IMG/VR virus record: IMGVR_UViG_3300022602_000033
DNA length: 64,000 nt
Origin: a virus
Reading direction: 5' to 3' (one strand)
The notes under the pieces were generated by a model that saw nothing but the letters and a program-made list of their open reading frames with translations, did not search any database and was not told the DNA's origin. The position numbers were made by a program, and so were the translations under genes. Below are positions 23,164 through 33,177 of this stretch, in pieces. The number at the start of each line of letters is the position of its first letter. Position 1 is the first letter of the stretch.

Positions 23164-25368
23164 ATGGCATCCATATTACCAATCCTCACTCTGTACGTAG
23201 ACAACATAACCATAACCCCGCTGTCATACTGGCCTGTGGACGAAGGCCCTGTGTACGGCGAAGATCAATGGTGGCAAGGTGGTCCAGCACCGCAGCCCTA
23301 TCAATGGACCATGACTGCCACGATCACGCAGCAGAATCACAGCAGCTTCAGCACACCTCAGCTATACATCTACGATGGTCTAGACATACAAGTGGGCATG
23401 TGGTATGGCGAAGCTGCAACTGGCAAATGCACACAGATAGTGGATATCATATCAGCTAGCGCAGACAGCATCACCTGCGTGATAGAGGACACAGGTCGCT
23501 GGGAACAGTTTAGTGCACCAGATGGCATCGCTGCCACAGGCGATCCTGGTTTTATATTTGCCATAGATGAGGATGGCATACCTGTATTCCATACTCTCAC
23601 GCTGTACAACAGCTTCATCCAACCCTATCCTGGTTTTCTAGAAGACGTGATCAGCAAGTTTGAGGCACGCAACCTCAAGCAGAATCTGGTAACAATACTG
23701 CAGCCAAGCAATGGTTTCGCAGTAGGAGACATTATCTATCTAGGTCCAGATGGATTTTATCGCCAGGCTGTAGCCAATGCCGCAGTAAACACAAACGTGA
23801 TAGGCACAGTGAGGCAGCTGGGCATACCAGGTTATGACTATTTCAGCTGGGAGCCTCGAGGCAAGATACTGTACGATCTCAGTGGTTTGCCCGGCAATCC
23901 CGGAGATGTGCTCTGGTTGAGTCCGGACACTCCTGGTGGACTAACCAGCACCAAACCCGCAGCTCTGGCCATGCCAGTATACATCAAGATCAACGACAGC
24001 AGTGCCGTCAAGCTGGCACAGGTTGGCTTTGTTGCACCACTGGATAATTTCACTGCTATAGTACCGCCTAGCATCACCGACGACGAGACACAAGGCTACG
24101 GTTTTGGCAGCCAATGGATAGACATAGCCACACACGTAGCCTACATCTGTATAAATCCAACCACAGGCAATGCCAATTGGCAGGTGCTGGGCGCCGGGGG
24201 CGGAGCCACAGGGCCCACTGGTCCACAAGGTCCAACTGGAGCGGCAGGCACAGCCACAAACACAGGTGCCACAGGTTACACTGGTCCCACAGGCGCAGCA
24301 GGTCCAACAGGTCCCGCAGCGTTGGGTGCGTATGCCAGATTTGATTTCACTGCGACCACTGGCCAGAACGTGTTTTATGCCACGTATTATCCAGGATATG
24401 TGGATGTCTACTATGACGGCGTGTTATTGGCACCCAATCTCTACACTGCTCTCGATGGTGTGTCGGTAGTACTAGCTAATGCAGCAATCGGAGGCGATCC
24501 GGTCACCATCGTGGCTTGGCAGATAGCTGGTGTGAATCCCACAGGAGCCACAGGAGCCACAGGTGCAGGACCAACTGGTCCGACTGGTCCAGCCAATGTG
24601 GGTGCTTTCCAAGAGTACAACTTCTCAGCCAGCAGTGGCCAGACTGTATTCAACTGTGCCTACGTGCCACCATATGTGGAAGTCTATGTGAACGGTGTCA
24701 AGCTCACACCCAGCGAGTTCCAAGCCAACAATGGCACAGAAGTCATACTGAACGCAGCCAGCGTGGCAGGTGATACCGTGGACATCATAGCTTGGAGCGT
24801 GAGCACAGTCAGCCAGCTCACTGGTCCAACCGGTCCAACCGGCACTGCTGTGGGTTATTTTGTCAGCAACATAGCTGTGCGCGATACGTTAACGGTAACA
24901 CAGGGTACCATAGTCTATGTGTACGACGACGGCAGCGGGCACAACCAGGCATACCTAGCAGCTCAGCTTGGTCCCACTGTATGGATCCCAATAGGACTCA
25001 ACACAGATGGTCTCAACATAGGCAATAGCACCAGCGGTAGCCAGACTTTGGATTATACTTTCCTAGCCCACGGCACGTATGCAAGCAGCAACACTGTCAT
25101 CGTGGGCACCATGGTCCCATCGGTGACCGTTACTAACATAGACGTGGCTATACTCACTGCGTTCAACGATCCAAACACTGACTTCACGGTAGGCAGTCCT
25201 ACCAATCCAAGCCTGCTCATGGCCAACACGCTGATCGATGCTTCGACCGTGGGCACCTATACCACTGCCCTCAGTTATCCTGTGACACAGGTCACTACTA
25301 TAAACGCCTATGTGGGCGTCGGCACCAGCACGCAGGGCTCGTGGCGCATCACAATGACCTATAGCTGA
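23164..25368 (+). CDS. Collagen-containing structural protein
   Basis: Short GPT blocks separating two copies of the same GQxVF...V(D/E)VYxxG module. Confidence 0.75.
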   Translation: MASILPILTLYVDNITITPLSYWPVDEGPVYGEDQWWQGGPAPQPYQWTMTATITQQNHSSFSTPQLYIYDGLDIQVGMWYGEAATGKCTQIVDIISASADSITCVIEDTGRWEQFSAPDGIAATGDPGFIFAIDEDGIPVFHTLTLYNSFIQPYPGFLEDVISKFEARNLKQNLVTILQPSNGFAVGDIIYLGPDGFYRQAVANAAVNTNVIGTVRQLGIPGYDYFSWEPRGKILYDLSGLPGNPGDVLWLSPDTPGGLTSTKPAALAMPVYIKINDSSAVKLAQVGFVAPLDNFTAIVPPSITDDETQGYGFGSQWIDIATHVAYICINPTTGNANWQVLGAGGGATGPTGPQGPTGAAGTATNTGATGYTGPTGAAGPTGPAALGAYARFDFTATTGQNVFYATYYPGYVDVYYDGVLLAPNLYTALDGVSVVLANAAIGGDPVTIVAWQIAGVNPTGATGATGAGPTGPTGPANVGAFQEYNFSASSGQTVFNCAYVPPYVEVYVNGVKLTPSEFQANNGTEVILNAASVAGDTVDIIAWSVSTVSQLTGPTGPTGTAVGYFVSNIAVRDTLTVTQGTIVYVYDDGSGHNQAYLAAQLGPTVWIPIGLNTDGLNIGNSTSGSQTLDYTFLAHGTYASSNTVIVGTMVPSVTVTNIDVAILTAFNDPNTDFTVGSPTNPSLLMANTLIDASTVGTYTTALSYPVTQVTTINAYVGVGTSTQGSWRITMTYS

Positions 25369-25435
25369 TCACTAGTATGCAGCTAAACTAAATACTGCCA
25401 GCTGTATTAGCCAAGATCTGCGAGCTGGGAACAGG

Positions 25436-28400
25436 ATGACGCTGCCAAATAATCCAACATTTGACTTTGCACTGAGCGGCGTCTCTGGCGATGTGACTTT
25501 CGGCAAGGGCGGTCCCAGCATCGCCTCGGTGAACGGCGAGCTGCAGTTCTTTGACGCCAACGGTCTGCCAGGCAACATCACGGTCAATCAAGGCAATTTC
25601 ACAGCCATAGGTGTGGGCACTAGTACCATCAGCTATCCAGCAGATATCTGGGGCAACATACACATAGGCAACACTGCAACCACCAGTGGCATCATATTCC
25701 CAGATGGAACCTTCCAAGGCACTGCAGCTTTCTATACTCCGCCAGGTGGCAGCAATGGTGCCGTGCAGTTCAACGAAGGCAACCTTTTCGCAGCCAACGC
25801 TCTGTTCACCTTTGATAATGCCAACATTAGATTGGGTATAGGCACAGCCGTGCCGCTGAGCACGCTGGACCTGCGTGGTAACCTGCAGATCAGTAACACA
25901 GCCGGATTGACAAGCGGTATCATCTTCCCAGATGGCAGCTTCCAAGACACTGCTGCGGCCAACACTCCCAGCTTTGGTTATCCTGGTACCATGCAATTTG
26001 CTGGCAATGCCAACACCTTCAGCGGCGACAGCAGTCACCTAGTCTGGGATAGTGGTAACACAAGGCTCATAGCCAGCAATCTTCTGATCAACAGCAACGC
26101 AGCTACCTATGGACCAACCAGTGGTGCGCTCCAGGTGCTGGGTGGTGTGGGCATAGTTGGCGATGTTAATGTGCTGGGCAACATCATTGGTAGCAGTAAC
26201 ACCATCATCGTCAGCAACAGCGGCGTGTTCTTTGGCGATAGCTATGGTTTTGGTGCCTTGTATGCTGGTATCCGATCAGGGTATGTCTATCAGCCAAACA
26301 CAGTGTTGCAGCTCAGCGCAAACTCTGACGACTATGCTCAGCTTAACCTGCAGAACATCAATCCGGGTGCCGCAGCCAGCGGTGACATGGTAATCACTGC
26401 AGACAACGGCAACAACAACGATACCTACATAGATCTGGGCATCAACAGCAGCACGTTCGACCAAGGCACCATAGACGCTGCCAACGATGGTTACCTCTAT
26501 GTGTCCGGCAATGCTGTTACTGGAGGTGGTAACCTAGTGCTGGGCACGCTGGCTGCCAATGACATTGTATTTGCACAGGGTGGCGCTGACCCCAGCAACG
26601 AAGTGGCCAGATTTGTGTATGGACAGGGACTGTCACTGGAGCTGACCACTGCTAGCACAGATCCTCTCACCGGTGCCCTCACTGTGGCGGGCGGTGTTGG
26701 CATATCAGGTGATGTGAACACTGCTGGTGCCATGCACGTGGCTGGTGCGGCAGTGTCCGGAAGCCTTACCAGCAATACCACAATACAATCGCCAGGTACT
26801 ATCACAATCGGTGGTGTCAACAGCAATGGTAGCATAGTCGGCTCCCAAATAACGTCAAACAGCAGCATACAAGCTGCCACGCTGATCAATGGCCAAAACA
26901 TCGTAAGCAATGCCACGATCACAGCTGGAACCAGTTTGCTAGCAGGCAGTTTGATCAGCAACAGCACCATACAGGCAGCCGGTAACATCACCGTGGGTGG
27001 CGTGAACAGCAATGGTACCATAGTTGGCAGTGCTATCACTTCCAACAGCACCATACAAGCAGCTGGCAGCATCACAGTTGGAGGTGTAAACAGCAATGGT
27101 ACCATAGTTGGCAGTGCTATCACCAGCAACAGTACCATACAAGCCGCTGGCAACATCACCGTGGGTGGTGTGAACAGCAATGGCAGCATAGTTGGCAGTG
27201 CTATCACTTCCAACAGCACCATACAAGCAGCCGGTAACATCACAGCTGGTGGCGTGAACAGCAATGGTACCATAGTTGGCAGTGCTATCACTTCTAACAG
27301 CAGCATACAAGCAACTGGTAACATCACAGTTGGAGGTGTGAACAGCAATGGCAGCATAGTTGGCAGTGCTATCACTTCTAACAGCAGCATACAAGCAGCT
27401 GGTAACATCACAGTTGGAGGTGTAAACAGCAATGGTAGCATAGTGGGCAGCCAGATAGCTTCTAACACTACCATACAAGCAGCTGGGTTGGCCACTGTGA
27501 ATGCTCTGATTGCCAATGCCAACATCTACGGCGCTAACCTAAACATCACAGGCGCAGCGCAGGTCGGCAGTCTCATAGGCAATAACAATGTGTTTGGCGC
27601 CACGCTGCAGAGCAGTGGTCAGGCCTTGGTTGATAGTTTAACTGTCAACAATGCATCTACCACTAACACGTTGAACGTTCGCAGTGCAGCAGTGGTTGCC
27701 ACTCTGAGCAGCAACTCTGCTATCAGCGCACAGGGATTGATCAGCGGCGCAAACATGCGCAGCAACGGCTTTGTGGAAAGCGCCACGCTCAAGACCACTG
27801 GTTTAGCTGTGGTCAATCAGTTGATCAGCAACACAGAAGCCACTGCCAACACGCTAAACATCATAACCAATGCTGTGGTCCAGACACTGACCAGCAACAC
27901 CAGCATCCAGGCTGGTACATCGGTGTTAGCCAACACCATCAACAGCAATCTCAGCATAACCTCACCTGCTATCAATGCGCTGAACAATCTCAGCAGCAAC
28001 ACCATCACCAGCAACGTCACGCTCAATGCCGCTACAGTGAATGCCAGCGGCGTGGTTCGCATCACCAACACTGCTGTGAGCGGTAGCACAGGATCTGGTG
28101 CTCTCATAGTCACAGGCGGTGTTGGCATAGGTGGTAACCTCAACGTTGGCGGTGTGCAGAGCCTGTTTGCTGGCAACTTGATAGTCAGCGGAAACCTCAT
28201 CGTTCGCGGTAACAGCACCATCGTGAACAGCAACACCATCAACGTCACTGGTCCCACCATCCAAGTGGGATCTGACAACACAGAAGGCAACGTGCTGACC
28301 TACAACGATGGCTATGATCGCGGCATAGTGATGAACTATTTCATCCTCAATGACAACAATGCCTTCATGGGCTTCCAGAACAGCACTGGTAGGTTCGTTT

Positions 28401-31400
28401 ACATCACCAACGTGCAGCCCGGTGTGAGCAACCTGTTTAACCCATTCGAATCTGTGCCAGGTTATGTTTATGGTACCGCACAGTTTGGTACCATGTACCT
28501 CAGCAACAGCACCATCAGCATCAACAGTGCCACTGGTGCGCTGGTGGTGTCAGGTGGCGTGGGCATAGGCGGAAACGTGAACGCCCTTGGCCAGATTGCC
28601 ACCACAGGACAGGGCAGGTTTGGACAAGACCTGCTGGCCAACCAATTGAATTCCAATGCTGCTATCAGTGCCGTTGGCCTGGTCATAGGCAGCAACATAC
28701 ATGCTAATAATGAGATAAGTGGAACTAATATCAGCGTTACCAATAAGGTAAGCGGCGATCTCATAGCCGCTAACACCAGCGTGACATCGGCTGGCATCAC
28801 GGCACTCAACAACATCACAGGCAACATACTGGTTGGCAACCTAGCTGTGATAACACCAAACGTGCAGGCTACAACATTGGTTGCTGCTCAGAACATAATC
28901 AGCAACAGCAGCGTGGTGACCACCACGCTGTTCACTGGTGGGCAAGCACAGGTCAATGCTCTTAACAGCAACACCAACATCAGCAGCTTCAACATCAGCG
29001 CGACCAATCTGATCACGTCAAACGTCTTGGTTGCCAATGTAGCAGTGAATGCTCCTGCTGTGACTGCCAGCACGCTGCTCACTGGTCAGAACATAGTGGC
29101 TAACAGCACTGTGGTTAGTACGTTGTTGGTCACAGGCGGCTTGGCCACTGTGAACGATCTGATCAGCAACAACAACATAACCACCGCAACCATCAACAGC
29201 ACTGGTGCTGCCGTGTTTGGTAGCGTGACCAGCAACAGCAGCATACAAGCCGCTGGCCTAGCCACAGTTGCCAATCTAATCAGCAACAGCAACATAGTCA
29301 CTACAGAACTCACTGTGGGTGATTTGGCCATTGTGGACAGATTGGTCAGCAACTTATCGGTGAACACGGCTGTGGTCAACTCTGATGTGATCAACAACAG
29401 CAGCAACATTTTCACATCTAAAATCTTTTCAACTGACGGTCAGTTTGCTAGTTATATAGAATCTAATTCTATTTTTTCCAACACATATATCCAAGCAGGT
29501 GGCTTGTTATTAGCTGCCTATATTGTGTCAAATGGTTTCGTAAACAGTGATAGCATGACTGCCAATAGTTTCATATTGAGTAAGCAGATCACAGCTTCCG
29601 ATTTTATAGAATCTAATTCTATCTTTTCCAACACATATATCCAAACAGGTGGCTTTTTATTAGCTAACTCTATTGTTTCAAATAGCTTCATAAACAGTGA
29701 TAGCATGACTGCCAGTAATTTCATACTTGGCAAGGAGATCACAGCTGCCGAAACCATCACAGGTAACGAGGTAGTTGCCAACGTCAGCATCACAACCACC
29801 GGATTTTTGCTTGCAAACAGCATAACCAGCAATACTATTATACAAGGTCAGGCTGCAGGTATTTTTGGTTCTCTGTACAGCAACTCGTTCATTCAATCGC
29901 CTGGGTCAGCAATCGTTGGTAGCTTGGCCAGCAACAGCTACATACAGGCTCCCAATACCATAACAGGCGGCGTTGTAAACAGCAATACTTCGATCACTGC
30001 CAACGGATTGATACTGGGTGCCAGCTTGGTGAGCAACAGTACCATACAAGCAGCACAGACTGCCACAGTTGGCAGCTTGGCCAGCAACGGCGCCATCAGC
30101 GGCGACAGCTTGGTCATAAGAAACAGCACAACCACCAAGGATCTCACTGTCAATGCCACCATATCCGCCAGCAATCTCACGGTATCTAACTACACCGTAT
30201 TCAACGTCATAGTCAGCAACACCAGCGTGACAGCTGGTACCTACATCAATGCCAACCAATTCATAGCCAATGTGAACGTGGGTATTGGCACGGCCACAGT
30301 GCGGTATCCGTTGGACATCTATGGCAACATACACATAGGCAACACGGCCAGCACCACCAGCGGCATACTGTTCCCAGATGGCACGTTCCAGGATACCGCT
30401 GCTTTCTATACTCCAAGCTTTGGTTACCAGAACACCATACAGTTTGCAGGCAATGCCAACACCTTCAGCGGCGACAGCAGCCACCTAGTCTGGGATAATG
30501 TCAATCTGGCTCTTAACACCAGCAACCTTGTGGTGATCAACAATGCCAACATTGGTGCAAATGCCAACATTGGCATGAACGCTACCATTGGTAACAACAT
30601 CAACTTGCTTGGTAACCTCAATGGCAGCAACACCACGGTCATGCAGGGCAAGACTGCCATACTGCAGGGCGGAGCGGGGGGATTTGGTGCGCTCTATGCC
30701 GGTGTTCAGGACTATACCAACTATCAACCCAACACAGTGGCTCTGTTCGCAGGCAATGCCAATGCCACTGTGCAGATAGGCGTTCACAATGACAGCAGCG
30801 GTGGCACAGCCAGCGGCGACATAGTGATCACAGCCAACAACGGATCAGCCTACGATACCTACATCAACATGGGTATCAACAGCAGTGGTTGGAACCAAAA
30901 CACAGTTGATGGTGCCAACGACGGCTATCTAGTGGTGCATGGTAACACTACCACAGGCGGTGGTAATCTCATACTGGGTACCATACTCAACAATGACATC
31001 ATATTCACGCAAAACGGAGTGAATGCTGCCAATGTGGCTGCCAGACTGGTATATGGCCAGGGATTGGTAGTGTATGGCTCTGCCAACAGCTACAGCACTT
31101 CCACCGGCAGCTTGGTAGCGGGAGGCGGATTAGGTGTTGGTGGCAATGCCTACATAGGTGGGGCTCTTTCTGTGGTCAACAGTGCTGTGTTCAACAGCAA
31201 CATCTCTGTGGCCACAGATGGTGCATTCGGTGGCAATGTCAGCCTGCTGGGCAATCTCACAGTTGCTCAGAGCAGCAACATCGCAGTTGATCTGGTGGTT
31301 GGCAATAATCTCACAGCATATTCAGGCAGCATAGGCAGCTTGGATAGCATCAACAGCCGAGGCTTTGCCAACGTGCAGGTTCTGCAGAGCAATGGCCATG

Positions 31401-31735
31401 TGAGCGGCAACACCTGGGTGGTAGATGGCAATGCCTACACCAGCACCAGCAGCTTCCAACAGGTGGTAGACAGCTGGAGCACCAACAGCTTCCGCACAGC
31501 ATGGTACATGCTGCAGGTAACCAACACAGTGAACAGCAGCTATCAGGCCAGCCAGATCATGCTGATACAGGATGGCACAGATGTGTGGCTCACCGAATAT
31601 GCAGACATCAACACCAACGGTGTGCTGGGTCTCTGGGAAGCTGACATCGTGGCCGGCACCATAGAACTGCTGTTCACTCCAGTCAGCAGCCAGAACATGG
31701 CCATCAAGGTAGTGCGAACCACAATAGATATCTAA
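25436..31735 (+). CDS. Giant repetitive tail fibre/adhesin-like protein (2099 aa)
   Basis: Asn/Ser/Gly-rich, GAL(x)VxGGVGI motifs, three GIxFPDG modules and 14/28-aa periodic repeats; TAAATA at 25389-25394. Confidence 0.8.
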   Translation: MTLPNNPTFDFALSGVSGDVTFGKGGPSIASVNGELQFFDANGLPGNITVNQGNFTAIGVGTSTISYPADIWGNIHIGNTATTSGIIFPDGTFQGTAAFYTPPGGSNGAVQFNEGNLFAANALFTFDNANIRLGIGTAVPLSTLDLRGNLQISNTAGLTSGIIFPDGSFQDTAAANTPSFGYPGTMQFAGNANTFSGDSSHLVWDSGNTRLIASNLLINSNAATYGPTSGALQVLGGVGIVGDVNVLGNIIGSSNTIIVSNSGVFFGDSYGFGALYAGIRSGYVYQPNTVLQLSANSDDYAQLNLQNINPGAAASGDMVITADNGNNNDTYIDLGINSSTFDQGTIDAANDGYLYVSGNAVTGGGNLVLGTLAANDIVFAQGGADPSNEVARFVYGQGLSLELTTASTDPLTGALTVAGGVGISGDVNTAGAMHVAGAAVSGSLTSNTTIQSPGTITIGGVNSNGSIVGSQITSNSSIQAATLINGQNIVSNATITAGTSLLAGSLISNSTIQAAGNITVGGVNSNGTIVGSAITSNSTIQAAGSITVGGVNSNGTIVGSAITSNSTIQAAGNITVGGVNSNGSIVGSAITSNSTIQAAGNITAGGVNSNGTIVGSAITSNSSIQATGNITVGGVNSNGSIVGSAITSNSSIQAAGNITVGGVNSNGSIVGSQIASNTTIQAAGLATVNALIANANIYGANLNITGAAQVGSLIGNNNVFGATLQSSGQALVDSLTVNNASTTNTLNVRSAAVVATLSSNSAISAQGLISGANMRSNGFVESATLKTTGLAVVNQLISNTEATANTLNIITNAVVQTLTSNTSIQAGTSVLANTINSNLSITSPAINALNNLSSNTITSNVTLNAATVNASGVVRITNTAVSGSTGSGALIVTGGVGIGGNLNVGGVQSLFAGNLIVSGNLIVRGNSTIVNSNTINVTGPTIQVGSDNTEGNVLTYNDGYDRGIVMNYFILNDNNAFMGFQNSTGRFVYITNVQPGVSNLFNPFESVPGYVYGTAQFGTMYLSNSTISINSATGALVVSGGVGIGGNVNALGQIATTGQGRFGQDLLANQLNSNAAISAVGLVIGSNIHANNEISGTNISVTNKVSGDLIAANTSVTSAGITALNNITGNILVGNLAVITPNVQATTLVAAQNIISNSSVVTTTLFTGGQAQVNALNSNTNISSFNISATNLITSNVLVANVAVNAPAVTASTLLTGQNIVANSTVVSTLLVTGGLATVNDLISNNNITTATINSTGAAVFGSVTSNSSIQAAGLATVANLISNSNIVTTELTVGDLAIVDRLVSNLSVNTAVVNSDVINNSSNIFTSKIFSTDGQFASYIESNSIFSNTYIQAGGLLLAAYIVSNGFVNSDSMTANSFILSKQITASDFIESNSIFSNTYIQTGGFLLANSIVSNSFINSDSMTASNFILGKEITAAETITGNEVVANVSITTTGFLLANSITSNTIIQGQAAGIFGSLYSNSFIQSPGSAIVGSLASNSYIQAPNTITGGVVNSNTSITANGLILGASLVSNSTIQAAQTATVGSLASNGAISGDSLVIRNSTTTKDLTVNATISASNLTVSNYTVFNVIVSNTSVTAGTYINANQFIANVNVGIGTATVRYPLDIYGNIHIGNTASTTSGILFPDGTFQDTAAFYTPSFGYQNTIQFAGNANTFSGDSSHLVWDNVNLALNTSNLVVINNANIGANANIGMNATIGNNINLLGNLNGSNTTVMQGKTAILQGGAGGFGALYAGVQDYTNYQPNTVALFAGNANATVQIGVHNDSSGGTASGDIVITANNGSAYDTYINMGINSSGWNQNTVDGANDGYLVVHGNTTTGGGNLILGTILNNDIIFTQNGVNAANVAARLVYGQGLVVYGSANSYSTSTGSLVAGGGLGVGGNAYIGGALSVVNSAVFNSNISVATDGAFGGNVSLLGNLTVAQSSNIAVDLVVGNNLTAYSGSIGSLDSINSRGFANVQVLQSNGHVSGNTWVVDGNAYTSTSSFQQVVDSWSTNSFRTAWYMLQVTNTVNSSYQASQIMLIQDGTDVWLTEYADINTNGVLGLWEADIVAGTIELLFTPVSSQNMAIKVVRTTIDI
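26960..27463 (+). repeat. Six tandem 84-nt (28-aa) repeats NS(T/S)IQAAGNITVGGVNSNG(T/S)IVGSAITS
   Basis: Units begin at 26960, 27044, 27128, 27212, 27296 and 27380. Confidence 0.9.
29452..29750 (+). repeat. Two 150-nt (50-aa) direct repeats in an AT-richer patch
   Basis: tatagaatctaattctat(t/c)ttttccaacacatatatccaa occurs twice, 150 nt apart. Confidence 0.8.
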
Positions 31736-31785
31736 CACTTGAAATAATCAGCGATCTGTGTTATCATCATACGATAACATGGAGT

Positions 31786-32178
31786 ATGATTATGACTGAT
31801 CCACGCAAGAGAATGATCTGGGTTCGGTTCCAGAAAGAAGGCATCCACAAGTATCCAGCAGCATTGACAGATCCTGCGTTGGCCACGGGCGACGAGTATG
31901 ACGTCAGCTTCCTGGGCTATCCGCATCGCCACATCTTCCACTTCCAAGTTTGGATCTCAGTCACGCACAATGACCGTGACGTGGAATTTTTACAGGCAAA
32001 AAGATGGCTTGAGAAGCTATATGATCAAAAAACTTTACAGCTAAACTATCGCAGCTGTGAGATGATTAGTGAAGAACTATATGAGAAGATAATAGATAAG
32101 TGGCCAGGACGCGAAGTTTGGATCGAAGTCTCAGAAGATGGAGAAAATGGATGCATACTTAAATGGGATGCAGAATGA
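31786..32178 (+). CDS. QueD-paralogous T-fold protein (DpdL-like)
   Basis: LGYPHRHIF (LxxxHRHxF in place of QueD CxxxHGH), SCEMIS and IEVSEDGENG motifs; first gene of the deazaguanine region. Confidence 0.65.
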   Translation: MIMTDPRKRMIWVRFQKEGIHKYPAALTDPALATGDEYDVSFLGYPHRHIFHFQVWISVTHNDRDVEFLQAKRWLEKLYDQKTLQLNYRSCEMISEELYEKIIDKWPGREVWIEVSEDGENGCILKWDAE

Positions 32179-33105
32179 TCATAATTTCTTAATGAGATAT
32201 CTACCCTTAAATGGTGCAGTGCTGTAATTTGCCATCCAACGGGCAGAGGATACTGCATATCCGTTAACACTGCACCAATCGGTTATCGAAGGTATATCAT
32301 ATGTCTCATGCGTAACAAGATCCGTAATCCGATATCTGTTTGATTGTTTGATCCTCTTGTGATATAGCGCCAGGTCATCTAATGGGTTAGTGAGTACGTT
32401 GTTTTCATCAAATGATGATATAGCATCGCATGAGATGACACCCTTGCGTTGATTGTCCACAGCAGGAATAACCCTCAGATTTTGAGGTGCTGCTATATCT
32501 TCTGGTGGTATATTCTGGATGAACCCAGACATTATTGATGTAATATGATCAAGGTGGTATTCATTGCCGCGCGGTAATCCTGTTGAGTTAATGTCGTGAT
32601 AATATTTGATGTAATTTATATTGGATAGTTCTCGTACCTTACGTCTGTACTCTTCAAACGGTTTCCTTTCTGTCGGCGAAGTGATTTGTCCATCCTTGAT
32701 CTTTGTATCCAATTGCTTTTGGAATCCACAGCGTCGGCATCCAAACCCATCTAGATGGCTCGCAGGAATTTGACTAAAGACACCATGTATTGGACATACG
32801 ATGTCAACCTTCTTCCCTGACCTCTCATAACGTACCATCGAATAATCATATAAATCGCCATGGACAGCTTTAGCCTTGGTGATAAATGTCGGAGTGTCAT
32901 ATCGGAACTTCTTGCTCAGTCTATCATAATGGCAGTGTCGGCAACCAGCTCCCGAGAGATGCGTAGATGGTAGTATGTTGATATTACCATGTGTCTTACA
33001 TGTTATTACCACCGAGGTTGTGCTATTGACGTATACCGTATGGTCATAGGTGTAACGTGAGCTATGAACCTCTTTGGCTCGAGTCAGGAATTCTTCTGAT
33101 GTCAT
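32179..33105 (-). mobile_element. Free-standing HNH homing endonuclease
   Basis: Two 'F(L/I)T(R/K)AKxVH..Y.Y..Cxx HG..HLxGxGCxxC' zinc-ribbon repeats plus HLDHI...NLRVI...N.RKG; opposite strand to its neighbours and AT-richer. Confidence 0.8.
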
Positions 33106-33177
33106 GCGACGCACTTGTGTTTACTCCGATGCTATGTTATAGTTATTTATCATATCGAGACATATCGGAGTGGCGAG

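Noticed and set aside
26497-27525. 342-aa antisense repeat ORF
   Set aside because: Shadow of the 84-nt repeats of the 2099-aa gene; no independent start signals.
29400-29900. Diversity-generating retroelement variable region
   Set aside because: No reverse transcriptase or template repeat in the window; differences between the two 150-nt copies are not adenine-specific, and the patch is not C-terminal.
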